This document shows positions 13,391 through 26,062 of a stretch of DNA of 64,000 nucleotides, piece after piece. The notes under the pieces are model-generated. The model saw only the letters and a list, made by a program, of their open reading frames with translations. It ran no database searches and was not told where the DNA came from. The position numbers and the translations under genes were made by a program. This DNA is from Octopus sinensis (Eukaryota). The stretch spans positions 49,042,001 to 49,106,000 of the forward strand of contig NC_042997.1 of assembly GCF_006345805.1 (NCBI RefSeq), in the 5' to 3' direction. Each line of letters starts with the position of its first letter. Position 1 is the first letter of the stretch.

Positions 13391-15199
13391 CTCTTATACC
13401 GATTGTACTATTTTCCAACATCTTTGTATAAATAATGTTCACTTTTATATTTGAAAACAATGGTTGACTGCAGAATCTTACAACGACCCGGCTGACAAGA
13501 ACCAAATCCTGCATCTCTCTTGTACCAGAGAATGGTACTCCCCATACAAAGCATCCTTCGAAAGAAAGCATACAGATGTACACACTGCTACATCATTGAT
13601 CTCATTCGTGCTGTATACATAACCTACTGCGTTTATAAAACATTTATTACTTCTTACATCTAATGCCTTAAGTATATGAATATATGACCAATTAATTACT
13701 AATTGATTTAGAACCTACAGTTAGAATACCACGGATTACAAGTTCGCATTGGAGCGTACAATTATTGGTGGATTTTTTTTATGTTACCATTTTGTTTATA
13801 AACGTGTGCATCTCGATCCATTGAAAGCAGATAGTATTAATCTCCTATAAAATAGAACAAGAAGTATATGTAATATGTTTCTTTGCAGTTTTATTGTTTT
13901 TAAAATAGTGGAGCCTTTTCTTTCCATGTTTTTAACTGCGATTGGAAATCGTAATTGACAAGAATCGAACTTGTGTTGCGGTAATTGATAAACCAGCTTA
14001 TCATGCGTATAAATATAGACTTTGGTCTTAACTTCTGAGCTTTTCGTCTGAAGTTTGAAGAAATACTAAATAAAAAGAAGACAGAAATCTTCGATCGACA
14101 TTTATTTCATTAAGTGTTGAAGAATTGTCATAGATCAATAATTCTAATTTCCAATCTATTTTTATTACTAATGAATTTATAACATTTTAGAAACTTTCAT
14201 GGTTCGTTGCCAACATGATGCCACTGATCGAATGTTTCCTTCATTGATTCGGTTTCTTTTTTCTTTTTTTTATATTTCAATTGTTTGTATATTTATTTTT
14301 ATTTCATCCATAAAAATAACTGAAATGATGACCGAGACACTTGAGAATTGAATTAAATTCCTTGTAATATATATTAATTCCATTTAGTCTCCCGTTCAAA
14401 TCGTGCTAAAGTTGAATTTACATTCTCTTCGATTTCACCAAATACCATACAGCTCTTTTCTTTGACCTTGCTTCTAGTCACATGTAATATTATCAGTTAT
14501 GAATACGTGAGTTTGGTGAAGGAAATCCAGTTTTGGATTTCTGATGAAATCATTTCACAATTATTTTTCTAATGGTGTTACAAAGGGCTACGAACATCAC
14601 AATAAAATCTGAGATTGAAAGGAATTTCTTTTTCTTTCTGTTATGCAGTGACCGGCACTTTATGCACCACTTTGCTGTGTTTTGCAGTGACTGGAAACCA
14701 ATTTCGATTTTATTTTATTTCTCATCTAAAGCTACTTTAAATAATTCTCAAACAGATAAAAAAAATTAAATTTAGGTAACAAATTTGTCTTTTTTTTTAC
14801 TCTCTTAGAGTCTCTTCCAATTCAATGGTTTTTTAAATAGATTTAGGAATACAAAAATAGGGAGCAGTCAATAAATTATAAGTCTGATAAAAGAAACGAA
14901 ATCTAAATCAATCCATCTACATTGATTAAGACATTATTTGTTTGGATGTTGAAGTTGTAAATCCTAGATTCACTGCGTAAAATTGTAATGCATCCTCGTA
15001 ATGTTCGGTTTCCATGCGAGCAGTTTGTAGACAATCTCCTATTTAATGGCTAAAAGAATGTGCATTGCTAGTGGGCTTCTTAAGCTTAGAAATCTATTAC
15101 TTTTTCTCTTAATCTGCTCACATTACTGCAATTTATAGAACGGGCGGAGTAGTGGATTTCATACTTTACTTTAATGCATCTTTCTGCTTGTGAAATCAA

Positions 15200-15412
15200 T
15201 GTGTGCAAATGGCTGAGCACTCTATACACACGTGTACCCTTAACATGGTTGTCAGAGAGATTCAGCGTGACAAAACTGGCCCTTTGAAATACAAATGCAA
15301 CTCATTTTTGCCAGCTGAGTGGACAGGAGCAACGTGAAATAAAGTTTGTTGCTCAAAGACACAATGCCATCGCCAGGTATTGAACTCACGATCGTGAGCC
15401 AATCACCCTAAC
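15200..15412 (-). mobile_element. SINE family C-related copy
   Basis: Central domain plus ctctatacacacgtgtacccttaac tail; near-twin of 18876-19110. Confidence 0.8.
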
Positions 15413-15559
15413 CTCAAGTGAAGTCTGATCAAGCATGGCATAATCAAATGCGTCCTAACCGTTGCCATCTTGATTTTTTTATCAGACATAGAGCATTTAG
15501 AATTTCATTATCCACGGAGTTATTTTATTGCGTTGAGTCAAAAGTTTTGCAATATTTTG

Positions 15560-16375
15560 GTAACAAATAATTATCTGAGTGAGCTAGGTTCCGAGTACAT
15601 GCTTGGTTTGGCATCAGTTCGAGTCCTTCAAGTTCCTGAAGTTTATTCCGGATCGTTCGAGTGGCGTGAGGTCTTCTGTTGTCTTGTTGTAGAAGAGCTC
15701 GCTACTTTCTGTTACCAACGCCGGGTATTTTTGCAGCACAATGACATATATCTCCTCCAGCTGCTCAGAATATAGATTAACGTCGATGGTTTGACCGTCC
15801 GGAATAAACTCGATGTGTTTTATCTCCGCTCACCCAATAATTCCACCAGAAGCAGAGTATCATCTTGTGTTCGAAACGCCCGTGTTTGGCGACAGGTTCT
15901 GGAAGCTGACCCTTGCTTAACCCTTGCTTATGCACGTTAGGACTGCAGAAAAATGACTTCCTTATTGCTGCTCTGCCATAGTAGCAAAGTTTGTGGTGAT
16001 ACTTGACAACTCGTTCTGCTACGTCAGAGACCATGCAACGATGATTATCCTCCACACACACTTCTCTTAACAAGGCGAAGAAACCTGTCAGAAGGCCCTA
16101 GTCGACCTGGGCGAAGTGATGTTGACTACTCTCTGCACAATCGTTTTATTAACTGTAGAAAACGAGATCCCAAGGTCTTCTGCGATTTTATGCTAAGTTC
16201 ACCTTCAGATTGACCCATAAAACGGTCGCTTTGAAATTCGAACAGTTCTAAGGTTTCTTTTGTGTATGACATGATTAAGCAGTCACATGTAGAACCTGAA
16301 CATAAAAATGGCAATTGATAAAAAATATATAAACCTTTTCAAGTTCAAATAAATAAAACGATGTTTAATTGGGTG
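15560..16375 (-). mobile_element. Degenerate mariner transposase
   Basis: PEPVAKHGRFEHKMILCFWWN matches the mariner KVMLCVWWN region; downstream remnants of the DNARPH and HPxYSP motifs; many stops and frameshifts. Confidence 0.7.
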
Positions 16376-16450
16376 TCTATTATATTCTATCATGTATGTA
16401 TGTATGTATATATTATATATATATATATATATAAATATATATCAAAATAG

Positions 16451-16518
16451 AAAACCACAATTTTATAGCAAATTTCGAAGTAAATTTACTTCGAAATTTG
16501 CTATAAAATTGTGGTTTT
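16451..16518. repeat. Perfect 68-bp spacerless palindrome
   Basis: AAAACCACAATTTTATAGCAAATTTCGAAGTAAA followed directly by its exact reverse complement. Confidence 0.95.
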
Positions 16519-16664
16519 TGGCCGTATTTGGCTGCTATTTCTAGCATGTAAAAATTACCTGTTAAACGGTAATTTTTTATTTTGAAATACGAATATGTTG
16601 TCTATTGACTTTTTATACATGCTAGGCCACTGGTGGTGATATTTATAACGAGTATTCGCCACCC

Positions 16665-16704
<40 letters not shown>

Positions 16705-16721
16705 TGTGTGCATACGATAGT

Positions 16722-16866
16722 TTCGTTCAGCTTCTATCTACCAAATCTACCCACAAGGCCTTGGTCGGCTCGGAGCTATAGTAGAAGGCACTTGCCCGAT
16801 GTGCCGCATTGTGAGACTAAACCCAAGACCGAATGGTTAGGAAGCTTCTCAGTCACACAGCCAAAC
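16722..16866 (-). mobile_element. SINE family A, 5' half
   Basis: Similarity to the family A head. Confidence 0.75.
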
Positions 16867-16999
16867 ATGCGCCTATTTGTATTTTAAAACTAATTTTTGT
16901 CTGTTTCCTTGTTTACGCCAATAAAATATTTTATTTATTACACACAAATTTGAATCTAAAACATTTTCCCCAAATCAAACCCATTCCATATACCTCTCT

Positions 17000-17251
17000 T
17001 TTACTCTTTTACTCTTTTACTCTTTTCAGTCATTTGACTGCGGCCATGTTGGAGCACCGCCTTTAGTCGAGCAAATCGACCCCGGGACTTATTCTTTGTA
17101 AGCCCAGTACTTATTCTATCAGTCTTTTTTGCCGAACCGCTAATTGACGGCGACGAAAACACACCAGCATCGGTTGTCAAGCAATGCTAGGGGGACAAAC
17201 ACAGACACACAAACATACACACACACAATATATATATATATATATATATAA

Positions 17252-17287
<36 letters not shown>

Positions 17288-17455
17288 TACGACGGGCTTC
17301 TTTCAGTTTCCGTCTACCAAATCCACTCGCAAGGCTTTGGTCGGCCCGAGGCTATAGTAGAAGACACTTGCCCAAGATGCCACGCAGTGGGACTGAACCC
17401 GGAACAATGTGGTTGGTAAGCAAGCTACTTACCACACAGCCACTTCTGCACCTAT
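17000..17455 (-). mobile_element. SINE family A, full length with (GAGTAAAA)n tail
   Basis: Near-consensus reverse complement of 35641-36045. Confidence 0.9.
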
Positions 17456-17860
17456 TGCGAATTAGATTGCGGCGAATTGAGATGCGGCTAATAAGCCGTG
17501 GTCTGTTGTCCTATATTCAAACCAGCGAGTTTTAAATGCGTTGGTTATGAATTTTGTGAAACACAGTAGAGGAAATATAAGCCATCTACTTGCCTTTTGG
17601 TGATAATTAAGCGACTACATGAAATCCTCGAATGGAAGGAAATTACCGAGTTGAAATGTGATATAGGATCCTTGAAATCTGAATTTCAGATCATCAAACC
17701 CGATCTATTTACAATAAAGCAAAAAGTATTTGTGAAGCGTTGTTATTGAGAAAGCAAATATGACAAACAGTCTCCAGTCGCTGTGGAAAGATTAGCTTCA
17801 ATGCAGAAAGAAGAAACTATAGCCAAAACAGCAAAAGTATAAAACAACATTGTGAGTTCG

Positions 17861-17907
<47 letters not shown>

Positions 17908-18153
17908 GCTGCGTATAAATCTGTGGGTGGGTGCATGCGTGTACGATTTACTTAATTACAGGCGATAATTAATCTTGTCACGATTTTAACATAGCCTTCT
18001 TTGTATCGATTTCGCAAGGTCAATAAAGATCGCAGATGAAATTTTCACATGTCAAATCATCCTGCTTTTCTTGTTTTACCTTGTCTTATTCTTGTTTGCC
18101 TTCTTTCTTTTCTTCTTCTGTCTTTTTTTCCTTTCTTCTTTTGTTTCCCTCAG

Positions 18154-18239
18154 ATGTACGTGATGGACGAGATGGAATTTTGAAGAGCAAAAAGAAGATT
18201 GGTTTCATTTTTGTGTGCTTTGATGTGAAGAGAAAATAA
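18154..18239 (+). CDS. Weak candidate terminal exon
   Basis: About 90 nt pyrimidine tract ending ccctcAG, frame (D)VRDGRDGILKSKKKIGFIFVCFDVKRK*, AATAAA near 18296. Confidence 0.2.
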
Positions 18240-18722
18240 TGCTGCAGGCCGACTCCGCACAGTTTTCGCAGTAACGCAGTCCTGCATTTTGGCTGTAATA
18301 AAAGGACTATAAATAGATAAAGTGATAAATCGTAGACAGGTCATTATAAATTTCTTAATTTTCATCAGGCGATTGGACTTTACCCCGTTTTTGCTATTCT
18401 GGCATACATTCGGGTACCCTGGGTAGCGTTCAGTAAAGCTCTACATCGTCTTCAAGATGACCGTCAGCGAAATTGTTGAAGATTTCTGGGTGTTGTCTTC
18501 GACATCCAGAGTTTCCGCCGGCCAAATCATCATCTGAGAACCAACCCATGGGAAAATGTTACCCGAGTGCACCTCTAGAACCATGTACAAGACTTCCGGG
18601 ACAACAGTGGTGCTGTGACTGATGACGAGCGTAAGAAGCTAGTGAAGGCACAGGAAATAAGGCATGCCCACCACTGTCGAGAAAGCAACTACATGCTGGA
18701 GTCCATACCTAATGCTGGTGAT

Positions 18723-18802
18723 ATGGACGAGAGAACGACGACGACGATGACAACGACGATCATGATGATGATGATGATGATGACGATGACGATGACGACG
18801 AC

Positions 18803-18834
<32 letters not shown>

Positions 18835-18875
18835 CGATGATGACGATGACGATGACGACGACGACGACGACGACG
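18723..18875. repeat. (GAT/GAC)n mosaic trinucleotide
   Basis: Directly visible; source of the poly-M/T and poly-H/R ORFs. Confidence 0.95.
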
Positions 18876-19110
18876 TGTGCAAATGGCTGAGCACTCTATA
18901 CACACGTGTACCCTTAACATGGCTGTCAGGGAGATTCAGCGTGACAAAGCTGGCCCTTTGAAATACAAATGAAACTCATTTTTGCCAGCTGAGTGGACTG
19001 GAGCAACGTGAACTAAAGTTTGTTTGTTGAAGGACACACTGCCGCCGCCAGGTATTGAACTCCCGATCGTGAGCCGATTACCCTAACCACTAAGCCACGC
19101 GCCTTCACGA
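18876..19110 (-). mobile_element. SINE family C-related copy
   Basis: Same internal structure as 15200-15412, with the tRNA head intact. Confidence 0.8.
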
Positions 19111-19137
19111 AACTAACTTTTAATATAAAATATATAG

Positions 19138-19360
19138 TAAAGGCGGTGAGCTAGCAGGACCGTTAGCATGCCGGGCGAAATGTTTAGCGGTGTTTCGTCC
19201 GTCTTCACTTTCTGAGTCCAATTTCCTCCGAGCTCACCTTTACTTTTCATCCTTTCAAAGTCGATAGAATAAGTTCCAGTTAAGCACTGGTATCGATGTA
19301 ATCGATTTACACCCTCCACTGAAATAGCTGGCTTTTTGCTAAAATTTGAAACCAATATAA
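19138..19360 (+). mobile_element. SINE family B
   Basis: aaggcggtgagctagcaggaccgttagcatgccgggcgaaatg head. Confidence 0.8.
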
Positions 19361-19378
19361 AACATATTTTTAAACATG

Positions 19379-19481
<103 letters not shown>

Positions 19482-19483
19482 GG

Positions 19484-19515
<32 letters not shown>

Positions 19516-19620
19516 TATATATCTTATATGTATATATATATATGTATTATATATGATAATATATTATAGGTATATATATATATATTATATATAGGTATAT
19601 ATATATATATATTATATAAT

Positions 19621-19664
<44 letters not shown>

Positions 19665-21900
19665 TGGCCTGAATGTCTCTCCACACCGGACATAAACTGA
19701 AACACAAAACACTTCATGTCCATAATACAAGCCATATGTGACAAAATGTCCCAATGTGCAGGGCCAGCACACACAAGAACAAAAACAGGATCCCTAGAGA
19801 AAGGAGGATTCTTATGAGACGACGGACAAGGATTGCAAACCGCCTGAGCAAGCACACCAAAAGTGGTGAGAAGTCTCGGCTCGAAAGAATGCTAATGGAA
19901 ACTGAGAAAAGTCTACATCAGTCCCATGAAAAGGAGAGAGAGCAGATAAAGAAGCTTGGGTAATAGAAAATAAAAATCAAACCCTAAAGCTTTCTTTAAG
20001 TTGCCAAAGAGACAGCCACAGTGCACCAGAGAATAGGACCTCTCTTCCAAAAAGATGGCTCTCTCAAGAGAAATCCCACGAGGATAAGTGAAATACTGAA
20101 AGACAGTTCCAAAGTGTGTTCACTACACTCTAGGACACAGGCAAGTAAACAACCCAGAAGAATTCTTTGCCACTTTACCAGCGACCAAAGAGACAAACAT
20201 TGAGTACATTCAACATCGAAGAAGATGATATCACACTAGCCATTGATGAAATTGACACAAACTCAGCTGCTGGGACCTGATGGATTCCCAGCGATCCTTC
20301 TCAAATCGTTGCAAACGAGCCCTTGCAAAACCGCTAAGCTTCTTTTTCAGAGCTTTCTTGCAAGTGGTAAGCTCCCAGTCAAACTGAAAGAGGGGGATAA
20401 TATGCCCTATCCATAAGGGAGGTAGCAGAGCAGATGCTAAAATTATAGGCCTATCTCTCTGACCTCACACATCAGCAAAGTCATGGAACGAATAGTCCGT
20501 AAGAAACTAATCATGTTCCTTGAAGAAATGACTTACTGTCTGACACCCAGCATGGATTTCGACCAGGTAGAGGCTGCCTAACACAGCTCCTGCCAACACT
20601 ATGACTGGGTGTTGAAACAGCTACTAATGGCCTCAAATGTGGATGTAATATATCTTGACTTTGCAAAAGCCTTTGATAAAGTCGACCATGGTATGATCTG
20701 TCACAAACTGCGTGGTCTCGGCATAGGCGGGAAACTTGGAGAGTGGCTGCACAACTTCCTAAAGACAGAAAAACAGGCAGTGTGAGCAATGGAGCCACCT
20801 CCAGGGAAACGCAAATAACAAGCGCGGTGTCCCACAGGGCCACTGTCTTGGGGCCACTGATGTTCATAGTGGCCCTTTCAGACATGCCTTCAGTTGCTAC
20901 GATGACCACCCTTGCTAGCTATGCAGATGACACAAAGTCTCCCACGCAATACAAAACCCTGAAAATATTGCGCATCTGCAACATGAGCTGGACACAATAT
21001 ACAGGTGGGCTGAGGACAACAACATGCAGTTTTTTAATGCAGTAAGTTCCAGGCCCTGCGCTACTGGCACACAAGGTAAATGACGTGAAGACTGGATACA
21101 CTGGCCCAGGAAGAATTGCAATCCCTGAGTCAAAATCAGTGCGTGACCTGGGCATTGACATGAGCAATGATGCATCTTTCCAAATGCATATTGCTAATCT
21201 GGTGATAAAATGCAGACGGCTAGCTGGATGGATTCTCCGAACTTTCAGAACAGAGAGAAGGAGACACTGATGGTCCTATGGAAAACATTTGTCCTCAGCC
21301 GCTTGACTATGCTCCCAACTTTGGTCACCACACAATATAAAACAAACAGCAGAACTCGAAGCACTCAGAGAAGCTACACAAAGAAAATCGTTCTCAATGC
21401 AAAATGTCAGCTACTGGGAAAGACTGAAGGTATTAAACCTCTTCTCCCTGGAGCGGAGGCGGGGAGATATGCAGTGATAATACATCTGGAAAAATCCTTG
21501 GGGTCTTGTCCCAAACTTTGGCATTCAAAGTTACTCCAACCGCAGAACGGGGCGCCGTGCGTGGTGCCAAGGATTCAACATCACCATCAAATACAGGGTC
21601 CAGATACTGCAACAGCTTGGGTTTCAGAGGACCACAGCTCTTTAACATCCTCCCTAAATGCCTGAGCGACTTACATGGTGTGGATGTGGGTTTCTTTAAC
21701 TAAACTGGATCTCTTCTTTTGGGAGTCCCAGATGAACCTACCTCACGACAGGAGACACGGATGCGGGCAGCAGCATCGAACTCCCTTGTTGATCAGGTGC
21801 ACGTATCAGAGGTGGATTCACAAACTAGTGTAGCTCATTCAGCGGTGGTGCCCCAGCATGGCCGCGGCCTTCGGGCTAAAACATTTTAAACGATTTAACG
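19665..21900 (+). mobile_element. 5'-truncated CR1-clade LINE, RT domain pseudogenised
   Basis: Frameshifted RT motifs: PIHKGG.RADAKNYRPISLTSHISKVMERIVR, QHGFRPGR, YLDFAKAFDKVDHG, TVLGPLMF, YADDTK, RDLGI. 3' stem-loop tail at 21842-21882. Confidence 0.92.
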
Positions 21901-21914
21901 ATTTATATATATAT

Positions 21915-21965
<51 letters not shown>

Positions 21966-22181
21966 TATATATTATACATATATATATATATAATATATAT
22001 ATATGTATAATAAAATATTAGGGAATAAATCCAAATTTACAGGGAAAAATCAGATTTAGTATTGAATCCAATTATAGTAAAATATTATATATATTAATTA
22101 GAGACAAAACCACTATTTTGTAAATCAAACAAGGAAAGACTTAATCAAACATAAAAAAATTTTAATATAAAGTAATAAATC

Positions 22182-22228
22182 GCCACTTACAATTGTTTCC
22201 TGTCTTCAAATGACATTCATCAGGTGGA
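22182..22228 (-). ncRNA. Degenerate hammerhead-like motif in PLE-type terminus (22018-22240)
   Basis: Minus strand: CCAC-CTGATGA-A-TGTC(ATTTGAA)GACA-G-GAAA-CAATTG-TA-A-GTGG, with palindromic stem III ACAATTGT. Related termini at 53890-54190. Confidence 0.4.
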
Positions 22229-22321
22229 TTTCATATCTTCCATATATATATATATATATATATAATATTAATAATATATATATATATATATTATATTATA
22301 TAATATATATTATATATGTAT

Positions 22322-22367
<46 letters not shown>

Positions 22368-22408
22368 TATATATGTATACACACACACACACAAATACAC
22401 ACACTCGC

Positions 22409-22584
22409 ACGATGGGGTGCTGAAAGTTTCCTAGCTTTAAGGGTGTTCTTTTACAAGGTTTAGAAAAACTAATGGACCACTGCAATAAGTGTTTGAATCG
22501 GAATATGTTGAATAAAATCATAATTAACTGATCCTCAAGTATTTTCTTTTACACAAAGTCAGGAACTTTTCAGCTCCCTCTCGC
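22409..22584. mobile_element. Mariner-derived MITE
   Basis: TIR acgatggggtgctgaaagtttcc / ggaacttttcagctccctctcg. Confidence 0.7.
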
Positions 22585-22622
22585 ACATACATATATGCAT
22601 TCATTTATACGCACGCATGCAC

Positions 22623-22717
<95 letters not shown>

Positions 22718-23050
22718 TAGAAATCTTCGTATTCGGCGAACGATTTTAAATGAGTCATTTTAGGTAGCATATCTTTGTCAAATGTTAACGCCAAAACACT
22801 GCCATCCAGAACCGCATCATCTCGTCATATCTCTGTGCCCTTTTGACCGTACAAGTATTGGTTTTAAGGAACCGTTATCTTTGACGTCAACTAATGCATA
22901 TCTGCTGATAGTTCTGATCAATTCTCCCGTTTCCCAATCTAATTCAATAGCAATAGGCAGGTAACTCCGGTTGATTGAACAACTAAACACTTCGTCATTG
23001 AAACCGACGACGGGAAGTATGTATATACATGTATACAGATATATTACATA

Positions 23051-23081
<31 letters not shown>

Positions 23082-23463
23082 ATATATATTTATATATATA
23101 TATATATATCTATATATATATATAAATATATATACATACATATTTATATGAATATATATATATATATATATACCTTGTATCCATATATATACACTACACA
23201 CACACGTATGCATGTATGTATGTGCGTATGTATGTATATATATGTGTGTGTATATGTGTATATATCTGTGTATAATATATATATATAATATATATATATA
23301 TGCATATATATATACATGGAGACAAGGTATATATATATATTCATATATGTATGTATAATATTCATACATAAACATACACACAGTATACATATATGTTTGT
23401 GTATAAATATATATGTGCATCTGTGTGGTATGCCTGTGTGTGTGCGTGTATGTATATAATATA

Positions 23464-23499
<36 letters not shown>

Positions 23500-24050
23500 G
23501 TTCACACACACAACACTCCCTGCCACATCACAGTACCCGTGCATGGGCTGGCAATACCGGACTAGATCCTATCAACTGTATATCCTCCCCGTATTGTATT
23601 TGTTTTCTTCCTATCGAAAAAGAATTTATCATTGACGAACGAGAGAATGATTGAACAGGAATACCGCAGTTAATGAAGCATTAATTTATAAACCGCTTAC
23701 GGTAATGTCCCTTGGCGGCACTTCACTTATAAATAAAGTCTTCCTGATTAAAGTAACAGCTCTCATAATCATCGTTGTTCGTGACCGTCAGTCAGTACCA
23801 CCTCGCCACCACCACCACCACCATTATCATTATTATCACCAGCAACATCATCGTCGTCGTTATCACCATCGTGTAAACCAGCAAACTGTTGGGTTGGTAG
23901 TATCAAGCTATCCGTTCGAAAATGTGCTGTTTTGTTATTCAGTTATTCTGCTATACTGTAAACAACGATTGTGTCTCATTTAGTCAATGACAGTTTATCG
24001 ACTGACCCCACTCCCCATAAATTTCGGGCCTTGTGCTTCGAGTAGAAATG

Positions 24051-24957
24051 AATATTATAAAGTCTTAAGGCAACGAGCTAGCACAATTCGTTACCACCCC
24101 GGGTGAAATACTTAACAACATTTCGTCCGTTTTCACTTTCTGAGTTCAAATTCCACCGAGGTCGACTTTGCCTTTTATCCTCTTGGGGCCGGTAAAATGA
24201 GTGCGTTGAGCACAGGGATTGATGTAATCAACTTACAGCCTCACCCAAAATTGCTGGCCTTGTGCCAAAATTGAAATCAATATTATAAAGTCTTAATTCT
24301 GCCTTGTATATATATGGATATAGCCATGAAGTTATATACAGCTGGTACGGGTGTGTAAATACGGAATTGTTCTTAGACGAAATAATTGCGAAGTTAGACG
24401 TTCAAGTCCTATTGTGGAGCAAAGACCCGAATCTTGCAAATGCCAGTCATCCTCGTATTCACCAATATCACCTGCGCAAGCAAAACTATTAGTGGTGAGC
24501 AGGCAGAATCGTTAACACGCCGGGTCAAATGCTTAGCAGTATTTCGCCTATCACTACCTTCAGAGTTCAAATTCCGCCGAGGTGTGCGTGCACACCCCCT
24601 TTTGTATGCTGTGAAAATCCAGCTATATTAAGATATCCCTTAATGCTTAAGGGGTATATGCAAAATGAAACAATAGTTCCTCTGGTTATGAAGCCAGGCA
24701 AAGTAGAAGAGAATATCATAAAGTCTTAAGGCAACGAGCTAGCACAAATCGTTACCACCCCGGGTGAAATGCATTAACGACATTTCGTCCGTCTTCACTT
24801 TCTGAGTTCAAATTCCACCGAGGTCGACTTTGCCTTTTATCCTCTTGGGGCCGATAAAATGAGTGCGTTGAGCACAGGGATTGATGTAATCAACTTACAT
24901 CCTCCCCCCAAACTGCTGGCCTTGTGCCAAAATTGAAATCAATATTATGAAGTCTTA
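24051..24957 (+). mobile_element. Duplicated SINE family B copy with TSD
   Basis: Copies at 24051-24295 and 24712-24957, each bounded by aatattataaagtctta-like repeats. Confidence 0.85.
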
Positions 24958-25139
24958 GTTCTGCCTAAATGGTGACTCTGCCAAAGCAAGTATTTAGATT
25001 AAGAAAAGATGGTTCAATGTTTGTGAGCGACTAATAGCATCTGTTGGTGCGCTCGGGGGTCATCTCCTTCAAGTGCTTAACGGATTAACGGAATGCGGGG
25101 TTGAAAGAAATGCGACTGCAGAAGTTTATGTGCGCGCAG

Positions 25140-25183
<44 letters not shown>

Positions 25184-25270
25184 GCACACTAACACTCTCA
25201 CAAAATTATTAAAATGTGAATACATAAGTGTGTGTGTGCGTGTGTGCGATGTATGTGTGTCTGTGATGTG

Positions 25271-25301
<31 letters not shown>

Positions 25302-26062
25302 TGTGTGTGTGTGTGTGTGTGTGTGTATGTAAAGCACCCTGGAAATAATGAGCTTTTACTGGTTACTAGACGTGTATGTACGAATGTTATTACGTGTATA
25401 CATACATGTGTGTATATACGAGTACACACACACACACATATATACATACGTGAATGTGCATACAAAATTGTATATTTTCGTGTCTATACATATGAGCATA
25501 CACACACGATGTGACGATCCACTTATTTACGCGTTTTCAATTTTTCAAGCTGGATTTTTCTTAATTGCTCTTCTTCTTAAATGCTGAAGTAACGTTAATC
25601 GCTCATTACGATAGTGTTCAATTAACTCGTCCAATTAAATTGGGCGCAATCAAAATCACAATGTAACGTAGTTTGTAATGAAACATTGGTTTTAGCAAGG
25701 AGTGATTATCACATACCAATTACAAATGAAATGATTGATACATTTCGTAAATTAGTTAATTCCCAAGCTGTTCAACGCTCTTTTCGACAACTTTGCGGTA
25801 ATTTGGCATTGCTAGACCTATTATTAAAACGCCATTTTCAGTCCTGTCATCAAGAATTATATCAAACCTGTTATTTTATTTTCTCTTTTGTGATCTGTCT
25901 GTGAGCTAAAGTTCCACGGGATTTTTCCTTTGTTTTCTTCTAAGACATATGGAGAGAGCTTAAACAAAGTGGTTATGTGTCTATAGAAACGTATACCTTT
26001 ATTGTTTTCTCAAATGTACTTTGACCGTCTCTAATGTTTGACATAATAAAAATAAAATAAAT

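Noticed and set aside
18615-18920. Poly-Met/Thr and poly-His/Arg ORFs
   Set aside because: Products of the GAT/GAC trinucleotide repeat.
25545-25632. Minus-strand LDELIEHYRNERL resembling an SH2 alphaB helix
   Set aside because: An in-frame TAA lies immediately upstream with no acceptor; too short to support.
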